A DNA stretch of 64,000 nt from Planctomycetota bacterium. GTDB taxonomy: Bacteria; Planctomycetota; UBA11346. The stretch lies in contig JBBRLJ010000031.1 of the NCBI GenBank assembly GCA_038231435.1, forward strand, positions 1 to 64,000, written 5' to 3'. Each line of letters begins with the position of its first letter. The first letter of the stretch is position 1. The translations under genes were made by a program, and so were the position numbers. Below, piece by piece: positions 1 to 9,336 of the stretch. The notes below the pieces were generated by a model. That model had not been told where the DNA came from. It saw only the letters and a program-made list of their open reading frames with translations, and did not search any database.

Positions 1-70
1 CAGGCTTCCCGGCCTCCGCCTCCTTCAGCACCTTGATGATCTGCTCCTCGGTGAAGCGCTTGCCCTTCAT
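1..70 (-). CDS. IS3-family transposase OrfA, N-terminal part (partial)
   Basis: Manual translation MKGKRFTEEQIIKVLKEAEAGKP matches the typical IS3/IS407 OrfA N-terminus. Absent from the ORF track because it runs off the window. Confidence 0.9.
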   Translation of the reverse strand, partial: MKGKRFTEEQIIKVLKEAEAGKP

Positions 71-141
71 GGGGTCTCCTGCCTTTTTCGTAAGGGCAGT
101 TTCTCTCAAGCCAAGTGGTCCGATTTACCGTGGTCACGTCA
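1..141 (-). mobile_element. Left end of an IS3-family insertion sequence (IS407-like); remainder lies beyond the window start
   Basis: Minus strand starts TGACGTGACCACGGTAAATCGGACCA at 141 (5'-TG terminus typical of IS3), followed by AGGAGA RBS and an orfA start. It interrupts an Rhs tip reading frame. Confidence 0.85.
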
Positions 142-1223
142 CCCCCCGATGGCGATTGAGCATTAGGAACAGTCGGCGAAACTGAGTCTTCACATCTGTA
201 ATCTTGAACTTGAGAAATTCCTCCTCCAGTTGGAGACCACGTGTGTCTGGGGACTCGTCTTTTGTCGTACGAGTGACTCCAATAAATTGGCTCAGAGAGG
301 GCCACCTCTGTATTATCCTTTTTTGTACAAATTAATTGCGCCATGAAGTCCTGCTGGAACGCAATATTTGTGTTTCCCAAGCTACCGGTAATTGATGGAT
401 TATCAGTCATCGCTATTGTGGTGAAATTTCCCAAGGTTCCCGAGGACGTAGTAGTCGTTTGATATGGATAGCTTGACCCGTGATCTAGAGACCAAGGTGC
501 AGTAGTAATGTTTGGGTCGTAGTTGTTAAATGGAGTGCCCCACACTGCGTCAGTGAAAGGGAAAAAGGTGACTGCCCACTCCCGAAAATATTGTCTCCAG
601 AACGTTTTAACGCAACATGGGCACTCCGATGTTGACTGCGGGCTCACTGCAGAAGCTGAAAACGACATTTCTGTATCCGCTCCAGCTTGATCCTGCGAAT
701 TTTCAGTTAACGAGAAAATAATTGAAATGTTTCCACTTGGATCAAGAAAATTGGGGACGAAGTAGCTCGCGTATTGATTTAATCCGTTAGAATACTCTAC
801 CTTGTCTCGGCTGATGAATCGTCCCAGCGTCGAACTCATGTACCGTGCGCGGAAGTAAGTCAGCCCCGTCTCGCTGTCCTCATACCTTCCAGTGAACCCG
901 ATCTGGTTCCCGATGGCCGAGCCCGTCAGGACCGTGGTTCCATTCGAGGCCAACACCGTCCTGCGGCCGTACGCATCATCCACATAGCCGCCAAACGCAT
1001 ATTGCCTGGGCGACGGCTGCGCCGGCGGGAACGACGGCGCCCCAGTCTGCGACGTCGCATAGGTGACCATGGCTGAGACGGCTCTCTGTTCGGCCGTCGT
1101 CACCGACGTTCCCACCTTCCCGATCTCGATCCAACACAGCTTGGGATGCAGCGCCCCCGTGGCGGTAGTGATGGTGAGCTTGCCATCGGTAACGTGCGCG
1201 AGGATACACTGCCGTAGCGGCAT
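142..1223 (-). pseudogene. Orphan Rhs core + C-terminal toxin module, interrupted by the IS
   Basis: Manual translation from ATG 1223 gives ...QYAFGGYVDDAYGRRTVLASNG...IGFTGRYEDSETGLTYFRARYMSSTLGRFISRD...FVPNFLDPSG, then about 197 codons of variable tip with no stop before the IS end at 141. Confidence 0.85.
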
Positions 1224-1311
1224 CTAGTATTTTGAGACTACACGCCTGGGCCTTGGGAAGACGCTCAATTTCTACTATCGTGAGGCTATCTGAATAAATT
1301 CACAATACGGG

Positions 1312-1917
1312 CTAGGATACCCAGGGAAGAATTGAAAAAAAATATTCCCAGTTGCCGTTCTCTTTTCGATAAATCTCGATCGCACCCCGGTCGCCCAAGA
1401 GTGAATATGATATGGCAGCAAAATCATGATTTTTTGTCCACCCAACATTCGATATTTTCATAAAGCACCTTTTACCCGGACGAATGCTACCGGCCTGTGC
1501 ATCGACTGGCGCTCCATTGTCAAGCTCATCATAAGCTTTTTTTCCTATAAAATCCACTTGAATTTTATCGCACTCACGAAGCGATGATGCCCTATAATTT
1601 TTCTTCACGTAATCATCAATAATTTCAATTCCCACGCCATTTCTAGCTAACTCAGGATCCTCGGTGTGAATATAATCTTGTACGTTCGAGAATGAACGAT
1701 CATGAACGATTTTACTACAGGTCTCATCAACCAAGAGAATGGATTCGTTGTAATGCCGAGCAATGCATGATTTTACAATTAGGCAAGATTCGTCGTCCAA
1801 TTTAATATACTTACTTTGGTCTCTGACGCAGGAAATAACGGTAAGTATCGCGATCCAAATTCCTAGATGTGCAAACCAGAACTTTCTCTTGGGAGAAGAA
1901 GCACGATAATTTTCCAT
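1312..1917 (-). CDS. Putative immunity protein, probable lipoprotein
   Basis: Starts 12 nt after the stop of the upstream Rhs tip; AT-rich; basic N-terminus, hydrophobic stretch and Cys (KRKFWFAHLGIWIAILTVISC). Confidence 0.6.
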   Translation of the reverse strand: MENYRASSPKRKFWFAHLGIWIAILTVISCVRDQSKYIKLDDESCLIVKSCIARHYNESILLVDETCSKIVHDRSFSNVQDYIHTEDPELARNGVGIEIIDDYVKKNYRASSLRECDKIQVDFIGKKAYDELDNGAPVDAQAGSIRPGKRCFMKISNVGWTKNHDFAAISYSLLGDRGAIEIYRKENGNWEYFFSILPWVS

Positions 1918-1929
1918 GAATCCCCCGTT

Positions 1930-3099
1930 TTAATGGCCAAAGAGTGTTTCTGTAGGAGGCATAGTGCCTATAAGCGGGTACTGAACGGAGTTCACTGGCG
2001 GGACTTGATATTGGCCTCTGCCTGGATCCTCGGGCACTCCGGGTGCCGGCGCGTGTCCACCGGGCACATATGCCTTTACCTCCTTCTCTAAAGCATCCTG
2101 AATAGTTTTTTTGTTTTTATCACAATCAGAGTAGCTAACACATTTATCTTTGTCTTCGTACGGGAATTGATTCCAGGCGTTATTACCAATATCGTTCAAG
2201 TGTTGAAGGTAATCCAGTAAGTGTCTCTGTTCGTGCCCATATACTCCTGCTTTTGTATTAGAACCGATGTCATGACGAGCGAATCGTGGATCAAGGTATA
2301 TGTGTGCCGCAGCAGTTATTTTGCAAGTTATCTTAAATTGCGGGATCATTAATGGGCATTCGTAACCCGCAGGGGTAAGAGTTCCTCCTCCTGAAGTAGG
2401 ACATGAATCGCAAGTGCACGTGACCTTACGCTTGCTCACTGGCAGTATTGATTCACCAAGCGCCCCGTCCTGACTTGTTACGTCAACATATGAATATCCT
2501 GTGCCAGAAACGGGATTGCTCGGGTCTGATCCACCAGTTTCTAATTCTACTGACACCCCAAATCCCGTCGGATCCGAATCAATTGGAACGAAATAGCCGC
2601 AGTAAAGACTCATGCCTCCGCCATCGTATTCAATCGGGTCTCTGCTAACGAACCGCCCCAGCACCGGCTCATAGTACCGCGCCCTAAAGTACACCAGTCC
2701 AGTCTCCTCATCATGGTACCGCCCCGTAAATCCGATCTGGCTGTCCACGCTAGACTCCGGGAGCACTGTTGTCCCGTTAGAAGCTAATACCGTCCTCTTC
2801 CCGTAGCTGGCAACCGGGTAGCGAGCGGACCGGCCCTTTGTGTTCCCATGTCCTGATTTTTGTGGGCGAACGCCGCTGCTTGGGTGATGGCTCGGAGTCC
2901 ACGGGCGAATATTCACGCTGACGATGCGGCAGCTCGGCTCCGAGCCGAGGCGTCCATCGTACGTGACCGACGGCGCGATCTCGCCAACCCGTGTCATGTC
3001 GTGTTCCTGTCGCGCGTTACCGGTGGCGAAACCCCGATCGCCAACTATCGCCAACCCGCCAACCGATCCTGCTCGACTCATCTCAGGTTCAGATTCCAT
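1930..3099 (-). CDS. Orphan Rhs core + C-terminal toxin with HExxH motif (Rhs homology starts ~2810; true start uncertain)
   Basis: YGKRTVLASNG...FTGRYHDEETGLVYFRARYYEPVLGRFVSRDP...DPTG core signature; the ~210-aa tip contains GHEQRH and several Cys. Confidence 0.85.
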   Translation of the reverse strand: MESEPEMSRAGSVGGLAIVGDRGFATGNARQEHDMTRVGEIAPSVTYDGRLGSEPSCRIVSVNIRPWTPSHHPSSGVRPQKSGHGNTKGRSARYPVASYGKRTVLASNGTTVLPESSVDSQIGFTGRYHDEETGLVYFRARYYEPVLGRFVSRDPIEYDGGGMSLYCGYFVPIDSDPTGFGVSVELETGGSDPSNPVSGTGYSYVDVTSQDGALGESILPVSKRKVTCTCDSCPTSGGGTLTPAGYECPLMIPQFKITCKITAAAHIYLDPRFARHDIGSNTKAGVYGHEQRHLLDYLQHLNDIGNNAWNQFPYEDKDKCVSYSDCDKNKKTIQDALEKEVKAYVPGGHAPAPGVPEDPGRGQYQVPPVNSVQYPLIGTMPPTETLFGH

Positions 3100-3700
3100 G
3101 GTCGAGCGGGAGATCGATCGGCTCAGCGGTTTCCGCCACGTACGCGGGCACTTCGACGGCGACGCTGGTTCCCATTGCGGATACGTTCACCACCAACCGC
3201 GACGTCCCCTGACGGCGGAGGATGACTCCGCACAGTCCCTGCATGGTCCCGGCGGTCAGACGGACGCGCATCCCGGGTTGGAGCGTCGGTTCTTCGAGGA
3301 GGTCGCCACCACTGCGCCGCACGAGGGCGATGAGGTCGCCCAATTCGCGCACGAGCACCAGTGGCTGCCGAATCGGCAGGATATGCATGCGGTGATCGAT
3401 GTCCTAGACCTGAGCGCGGGTGGCGCCCTGGACGAACATCCACCCGCCCAGCAACGGCGAGAGGCGTTCGACGATGGCACCGGTGCTAGTGGTGCTGGTG
3501 CGTCGCTGATAAAACAGCATGCCAGGAATGCCGTGTTGCCTCAGCGTTGCGCTCAACCATGGCGCCCGTCGCTGCAGCACATGGATCGCCATCCAGTCTT
3601 CGGTCGGCAGATCCGCGACCAAGCTGTCCGGCCACGCTTCGACATGCCCGCCGGTCTTCGGCGGGGACGGGTGCTGCCGGTGGCCTTCAGCGTGGGTCAT
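3089..3700 (-). pseudogene. NusG/RfaH/UpxY-type transcription elongation factor paralog with an in-frame TAG at 3404-3406
   Basis: ORF-track pieces 3404..3895 and 3089..3388 share a frame. NGN-like half (WMAIHV...PLLGGWMFV) and KOW half (LQPGMRVRLTAGTMQGLCGVI...RLVVNVSAMGTSVAVEV) are joined by QV*DIDHR. Confidence 0.8.
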
Positions 3701-3967
3701 GCCCTGCATCCCGGCTGTGGGGAGACGACGCTCCGCGCGTATCGCTGGGCGGTCCAGCGATGAATACGGGGCGGAAACGACTGCCGATCCCTCCAACGCT
3801 GCGCATCCTGACCGTGTGCTCGGTGAAAGGAAGCCCCTGGTGAACAGGACTGCTGGCGCCCCGGGTGGCATGCTCGGGGTCGTGGCGGTGATCACAGACC
3901 CACCGCGATATCAGGCATGTATTGCTCGTAAGACTGGGCCAACTGGCCGGGAACCATGCGCAGGTAG

Positions 3968-3997
3968 ATCTTGGTCGTGTTCAGGTTCCCGTGACAA
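3968..3997 (-). promoter_or_regulatory. Possible sigma70-type promoter for the NusG-paralog/Rhs locus
   Basis: Minus strand TTGTCA-N18-CAAGAT preceded by an A-tract. Confidence 0.3.
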
Positions 3998-4048
3998 TTT
4001 TTTCCGTTGCGTGAGCTGACCCCCAGAACGCTCCGTCCTGGGCGAACG

Positions 4049-7000
4049 TCACATGTCGCCGCCGCTGGCTCCGTTGTCGACGCCAGGCGCACCGCGCTCT
4101 GGCGCGAAACCATGGCGCATGGTGTTCTCGGTGATGGTTCTCGGCACCACGAACTGCAGCAGGTATTCGTCCCCTCCCGCCTTGCTGCCGATGCCCGAGA
4201 GCTTGTAGCCGCCGAAGGGCTGGCGCCCGACCAGCGCGCCGGTGATGCGGCGGTTCAGGTAGAGGTTGCCCACGCGGAATTCACGGCGCACGCGTTCGAG
4301 CGTGGTCGGGCTGCGCGAATAGCAGCCGCCGGTGAGCGCGTAGCGGGTGCCGTTGGCGATCGCCAGGGCATGGTCGAGATCGCGCGCCTTCACCACCGCC
4401 AGCAGCGGGCCGAAGATCTCGTCCTGGGCGAGGAAGGATTCCGGGCGCACATCCGCGAAGATGTGGGGCGCGACGTAGTGCCCCTCGTCGGCCAGGCCGC
4501 CGGCACCTCCGAGCTGGTCGCCGTCGGATGGGAACACCAGGCGCGCCTCGCGTTTGCCTCGCGCGACCGCCGCGAGCACCCGCATGCGCGCCTCGTCGTC
4601 GATCAGCGGCCCGATGCCGTGCGCGGGGTCCTCGGCTGGAGCCAGCTCCCAGCCGCGCGTCGCCTCGACCAGCCGCGCCAGGAAGGCGTCGTGCACACCC
4701 GCAAGCACGATCGCGCGCGAGCACGCCGAGCATTTCTGGCCCTGGTAGCCGAAGGCGCTGTGCATGACCCCGGCCACCGCCTCGTCGAGGTCGGCGTCGT
4801 CGTCGACGATGATCGCGTTCTTGCCACCCATCTCGGCGATCACCCGCACCACGTGATCGCGTCCGGGCATGGGCTCGGCGGCGCGGCGGTTGATCGCCAG
4901 GCCGACCTGCTGCGAGCCGGTGAAGGCGATGATGGCGGTGGCGGGATGGTCCAGGAGCGCCGGGCCCACCTCCTCGCCGAGTCCGGGCAGGTAGTTCACC
5001 ACTCCGGCTGGGAAGCCGGCCTCGGCGAACGCCTCCATCAGCAGCGACGCCACCACCGGCGACTGCTCGGCGGGCTTCATCACCACGGTGTTGCCGGTCG
5101 CGAGCGCCGCGGCGGCCATGCCGCAGAGGATGGCGAGCGGGAAGTTCCACGGCGCGATCACCACCGCGACGCCGCGCGGTTCGTGCACCAGATCGTTCTC
5201 CTCGCCAGGGAGATCGATGCGTCGCGGCGCGGCCAGGGCCTCGGCGCCGAGCGCGTAATAGCGGCAGAAATCGATCGCCTCGGCGACGTCGGCGTCGGCC
5301 TCGCGCCAGCTCTTGCCCACCTCGCGCACGATCCACGCGCCGATCTCGCAGCGCCTCGCGGCGAGCACCCCCGCGACGCGCCGCAGCAGCTCGGCCCGCG
5401 TGCTGGCGGGCGCGTCTCGCCAGGCCGGGAAGGCCGCCGCGGCGGCGTCAACCGCGCGGCGCGCCTCGGCGGCGCCGGCGCGCGCCACCCTGCCCACCAC
5501 CGTGCGCCGGTGCGAGGGATCGAGGGACTCGATGACGTTCGGGGTGGTCACCGCCTGTCCGCCGATCACCAGCGGGTAATCGCGGCCGAGCCGCCCGGCT
5601 ACCGCGGCGAGCGCAGCCGCCATGGCTGCGCGCGGAGCCGGCAGCGAGAAATCCAGCGGCGGCTCGTTGGTGAAGCGATCGAGGCGGATCCGTGAGGTCT
5701 GGGCGGAGGCGGTCGCTGGGTCCATGAGCAGGTGCTCCTCTGGCAGGCCTTCGAGGAAGCCCGCGCGCACGAATGATTGATTGGAGGTGTTCTCGAGCAG
5801 CCGGCGCACCAGGTAGGCCATGCCGGGCAGCAAGTCGCCGAAGGGAGCGTAGACGCGCACGCGCTCGCCGCGTTCGATCAGCGCGCGCGCCAGCGGGCCG
5901 GCCATGCCGTAGAGCATCTGGAACTCGATGCCACGTTGCGGGACCTTCGCCGCCTCGGCCAGGGCCAGCACCTTGGCGATCGAGCGAGCATTGTGGCTGG
6001 CGAACGCTGGACGCAGCACCTCGCGGCGTTCGATCAGATAGCCAGCCAGGCGTTCATAGCTGGCATCGGTGGCGGCCTTGCCGGTGAACACCGGCGGCCG
6101 CCAGCCGTTCTGCGCCGCCATCGCGCACTCGTAATCCCAGTAGGCGCCCTTGACCAGGCGGATCCACACTGGCGCGGCGCGGCGTTCAGCCCAGTCGTGC
6201 AGATCAGACAGATCGGTGTCGCTCGAACGCAGGTACGCCTGGATGGCGATGCCGACGTCGGGCCAGTCGCGGAAGGCCTGCTCCTCGAGTACCTTCTTGA
6301 AGATGGCGATGGTCGTGGGCTTGTACGCCGACTGCTCCATGTCGACGTTGACGAAGACTCCGCGCGCGCGGGCCAGTTCCAGGATCGGGCGCAGTCGGGC
6401 GAGAACCCGTCGGCTGGTGCCCACCGGATCGCAGGGCTCGAAGCGGCAGGTGAGCGCCGACAACTTGATGGACACGTTCACGCGCGGTACGGGCACGCTG
6501 CCGTCGCCATCGAGGAGCGCATCGTCCGCCCAGCCGGACGCGGCATCGGCGAGCGCCGCGATCAGCGCCAGGTAGGCGCCCTGGTAACGGTCGGCCTCGG
6601 CCTCGGAGAGGATGGCTTCGCCGAGCAGGTCGACGGTGAAGGCGAGCGAGCCACCGCGCAGACGGGCCACCGCCGCCACCGTCTCGCGCACGTCCGAGCC
6701 GACGATGAACTTACGTGCCAGCTGCCGCGATCCCACGGTCGCCGCCCAGGCGGCGAGCGCGGCCATGGACGGCTCGCGGCGCGTCGCCGCCAGCAATCCG
6801 CCGAAGACGCGAGCGGCGCGGCCGGGCAGTCCCGCCACGACCGGCTCGAGGTATTCGCGCAGATGGGTCGCGATCTCGGCGCGGGTGCGCAGTCCGGGCA
6901 GGGCGTCGACGAAGCGGAAGAGTTGGGCCTTGAGGCGATCGTCCCGCATCGTCCAGGCCATGGCGCGATCGTCGATCCACGCCCGCGACAGCAGGCGCGG

Positions 7001-7078
7001 ATGGTGGCGCCGGGTGGCCGCGAACAGCTCTCGGCCGATCGCCAGCGTCCGTGCCTCGATGTCAGCGGGACCGGCCAT
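4049..7078 (-). CDS. putA: Bifunctional proline dehydrogenase / glutamate-semialdehyde (P5C) dehydrogenase
   Basis: LFRFVDALP, DMEQ, RLVKGAYWD, YLVRRLLEN (PRODH); PWNFP, FTGS, EMGGKNA, GQKCSA, EIFGP (ALDH). Start set at MAGPAD. Confidence 0.95.
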   Translation of the reverse strand: MAGPADIEARTLAIGRELFAATRRHHPRLLSRAWIDDRAMAWTMRDDRLKAQLFRFVDALPGLRTRAEIATHLREYLEPVVAGLPGRAARVFGGLLAATRREPSMAALAAWAATVGSRQLARKFIVGSDVRETVAAVARLRGGSLAFTVDLLGEAILSEAEADRYQGAYLALIAALADAASGWADDALLDGDGSVPVPRVNVSIKLSALTCRFEPCDPVGTSRRVLARLRPILELARARGVFVNVDMEQSAYKPTTIAIFKKVLEEQAFRDWPDVGIAIQAYLRSSDTDLSDLHDWAERRAAPVWIRLVKGAYWDYECAMAAQNGWRPPVFTGKAATDASYERLAGYLIERREVLRPAFASHNARSIAKVLALAEAAKVPQRGIEFQMLYGMAGPLARALIERGERVRVYAPFGDLLPGMAYLVRRLLENTSNQSFVRAGFLEGLPEEHLLMDPATASAQTSRIRLDRFTNEPPLDFSLPAPRAAMAAALAAVAGRLGRDYPLVIGGQAVTTPNVIESLDPSHRRTVVGRVARAGAAEARRAVDAAAAAFPAWRDAPASTRAELLRRVAGVLAARRCEIGAWIVREVGKSWREADADVAEAIDFCRYYALGAEALAAPRRIDLPGEENDLVHEPRGVAVVIAPWNFPLAILCGMAAAALATGNTVVMKPAEQSPVVASLLMEAFAEAGFPAGVVNYLPGLGEEVGPALLDHPATAIIAFTGSQQVGLAINRRAAEPMPGRDHVVRVIAEMGGKNAIIVDDDADLDEAVAGVMHSAFGYQGQKCSACSRAIVLAGVHDAFLARLVEATRGWELAPAEDPAHGIGPLIDDEARMRVLAAVARGKREARLVFPSDGDQLGGAGGLADEGHYVAPHIFADVRPESFLAQDEIFGPLLAVVKARDLDHALAIANGTRYALTGGCYSRSPTTLERVRREFRVGNLYLNRRITGALVGRQPFGGYKLSGIGSKAGGDEYLLQFVVPRTITENTMRHGFAPERGAPGVDNGASGGDM

Positions 7079-7201
7079 CCGTGCAGCGTACCCGGTCTTG
7101 GCACACCGCCAATGCGGGCGGCGCCTTTCGACACGCGTGCCCGGCGGCACGGCGCATGGCGGGCCAGGCTCGGAGGTGTTTGCCGGACGCCTCCGCACTC
7201 G

Positions 7202-7357
7202 ATGACCTCCGACCTTTCTGCGGGGCTCATGCATGGCGGGATCGCCGGAGCCTTCGCGACCGTGGTCGCCGGCACCATGGTGAAGACATTCTTCCTGATC
7301 GCCTTCGCCGCGACGCTGGCCGCGCCGTTCCTGACCCTGGCGACGCCGAAACGCTGA
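7202..7357 (+). CDS. Possible small hydrophobic membrane protein (51 aa)
   Basis: MTSDLSAG...FFLIAFAATLAAPFLTLATPKR fills the putA-murA gap; no family recognised. Confidence 0.35.
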   Translation: MTSDLSAGLMHGGIAGAFATVVAGTMVKTFFLIAFAATLAAPFLTLATPKR

Positions 7358-7427
7358 TGGCCGTCCAGGGTCGGCCACGGCCGGATCCGGCGCTGGCCCG
7401 CGACGCCATGTCCCATAGCCTGCGGTC

Positions 7428-8735
7428 ATGGACAGCTTCGTCATTTCGGGCGGGCGCAAGCTCGCGGGCTCGATCGCGGTCTCGGGCTCCAAGAACAGCG
7501 CGCTGCCCATCCTCGCGGTGAGCATCATGACTCCGGAGCGCTGCACGTTCCGGAACATCCCGCACCTGCGCGACATCCAGACCCAGGTCAAGATCCTGAA
7601 TACCCTCGGCATCGAGACCCATTGGGAGGGCCGCGAGGTCCAGACCAAGCTCATCGACACCTACAACAGCACCGCCCCGTACGAGCTGGTGAAGCAGATG
7701 CGCGCGGGCGTTTGCGTGCTCGGCCCCCTGCTGGCGGCTCGTGGCGAGGCCATCGTCAGCCTGCCCGGCGGCTGCGTCATCGGCGAGCGGCCGATCGATC
7801 TCCACCTGCGTGGTCTCGAGGCCTTGGGCGCGATCATCTCGCTCGACAAGGGCTACATCAGCGCCAAGGCCCCGAAGGGCGGCCTCAAGGGCACCGAGAT
7901 CTACCTCGGCGGGAAGTTCGGCAGCTCGGTGCTCGCTACCGACAATGTGATGTGCGCTGCGGTCATGGCGCGCGGCACCACGGTGATCGAATGCGCGGCG
8001 TGCGAGCCCGAGGTGGTCGACCTCGCCAACTGCCTGATCGCGATGGGCGCGAAGATCGAAGGCGCCGGCAGCCCGCGCATCACCATCCACGGGGTCAAGA
8101 AGCTCAAGGCCGCGAATTGGTCGGTGATCCCCGACCGCATCGAGACCGCGACCTTCCTGATGGCCGGGGCGATCACGCGTTCGCCAATCACCGTCACCGG
8201 CGGCCGCGCCGACCATCTGCTGGCGGTCATCGACGTGATGCGCCAGATGGGCGTCGGCGTCGAGCGCAAGGGCACCTCGATGAAGGTGGTGCCCTGCGCG
8301 CGTCCCAAGGCGTGCGAGCTGACCACCCTGCCGTATCCGGCCTTCCCCACCGACGTGCAGTCGCAGACCATGGCGCTGATGGCGGTCGCCGACGGCACCT
8401 CGATCGTCACCGAGCGCATCTATCCCGACCGCTTCATGGCGGCCGCCGAGCTCAAGCGCATGGGCGCCACCATCACCGTCTCCAACGGCCAAGCGGTGAT
8501 CCAGGGCGTCGATCGCCTGTGCGGCGCCCAGGTCATGGCCAGCGATCTGCGCGCATCGGCAGCACTGGTCATCGCCGGGCTCGCGGCCGAGGGCGAGACC
8601 CGCATCAGCCGCGTCTACCACATCGATCGTGGCTACGAACGCATCGAGGAGCGCCTGCGCAAGCTCGGCGCGCGCATCGAGCGCGTGCCTGAGGTCGATG
8701 AGGACGCCGTGCAGGCGAACGCCGCCAGCGGCTGA
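7428..8735 (+). CDS. murA: UDP-N-acetylglucosamine 1-carboxyvinyltransferase
   Basis: SGSKNSALPIL, LPGGCVIGERPIDLH (active-site Cys retained), PDRIE, DLRA, HIDRGYE. Confidence 0.97.
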   Translation: MDSFVISGGRKLAGSIAVSGSKNSALPILAVSIMTPERCTFRNIPHLRDIQTQVKILNTLGIETHWEGREVQTKLIDTYNSTAPYELVKQMRAGVCVLGPLLAARGEAIVSLPGGCVIGERPIDLHLRGLEALGAIISLDKGYISAKAPKGGLKGTEIYLGGKFGSSVLATDNVMCAAVMARGTTVIECAACEPEVVDLANCLIAMGAKIEGAGSPRITIHGVKKLKAANWSVIPDRIETATFLMAGAITRSPITVTGGRADHLLAVIDVMRQMGVGVERKGTSMKVVPCARPKACELTTLPYPAFPTDVQSQTMALMAVADGTSIVTERIYPDRFMAAAELKRMGATITVSNGQAVIQGVDRLCGAQVMASDLRASAALVIAGLAAEGETRISRVYHIDRGYERIEERLRKLGARIERVPEVDEDAVQANAASG

Positions 8736-8736
8736 C

Positions 8737-9336
8737 ATGCCCCAGGACACGCCGACCCCCTCCGCAACCACTCCGCTCGCGGGTTCCACGCTGGGCGATG
8801 TGGTGTCGCGGCTGGCGGCGCGCACGCCCGCCCCCGGCGGCGGCGCTGCGGCCGCTGCGGCTGCCGCCATCGGATGCGCGATAGGCGCGATGGCCGCGCG
8901 CTACACCACCGGTCCGAAGTGGGCCGCGGTCTCGGAGCAGGCCGACACCTTCGCCAGGAGCCTCGACGACGCCTCAGGCGGGCTGCTCGCGCTCGCCGAT
9001 GCCGATGCCGCGGCCTATGCGGCGGTGAGCGCGGCGGCGAAATCGGGCGATCAGCCCGAGCTGGCTCGCGCCCAGGCCCGCGCGGCGGCGATTCCCGCCG
9101 ACATGCTCGCGGCCTGCGCGCTGCAGGCCGCGTCGCTGCGCGGCTTCCTCGGGCGCGCCAATCCGCGCCTCGCCAGCGACGTGAAGGCCGGCATCCATCT
9201 GCTCGCCGGCGCTGGCCGCGCCGCGTGGCAGACGCTGGCCATCAACGCTCCGCCGGCGGACGTGCTCGCCGTCGCGCGAGCGCACCTGCGCGCGCTCGAC
9301 GACGCGGAATCCGGTCTCCGCGAGCTCGGCGCATGA
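8737..9336 (+). CDS. Cyclodeaminase/cyclohydrolase family protein (FTCD C-terminal-like)
   Basis: LAARTPAPGGGAAAA motif, LADADAAAY, NPRLASDV, INA. Confidence 0.8.
   Translation: MPQDTPTPSATTPLAGSTLGDVVSRLAARTPAPGGGAAAAAAAAIGCAIGAMAARYTTGPKWAAVSEQADTFARSLDDASGGLLALADADAAAYAAVSAAAKSGDQPELARAQARAAAIPADMLAACALQAASLRGFLGRANPRLASDVKAGIHLLAGAGRAAWQTLAINAPPADVLAVARAHLRALDDAESGLRELGA

Noticed and set aside
1161..1168. Exact ops core GGCGGTAG
   Set aside because: It is on the strand opposite to the locus's transcription and lacks the downstream TG.
732..2810. Two similar Rhs core segments as a DGR template/variable repeat pair
   Set aside because: Differences are not adenine-specific and no reverse transcriptase is present.
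3404..3406. Genome-wide TAG reassignment or pyrrolysine as the explanation of the amber codon
   Set aside because: TAG ends accB, proS, the BlaI gene, the nitroreductase and the mreD-like gene at their expected C-termini; no pyl genes are in the window.
7163..7195. GCCAGGCTCGG resembling an SAH riboswitch segment
   Set aside because: The upstream CCGAGGRGCGCTGC partner is absent and the gene context does not fit; only a simple hairpin is present.
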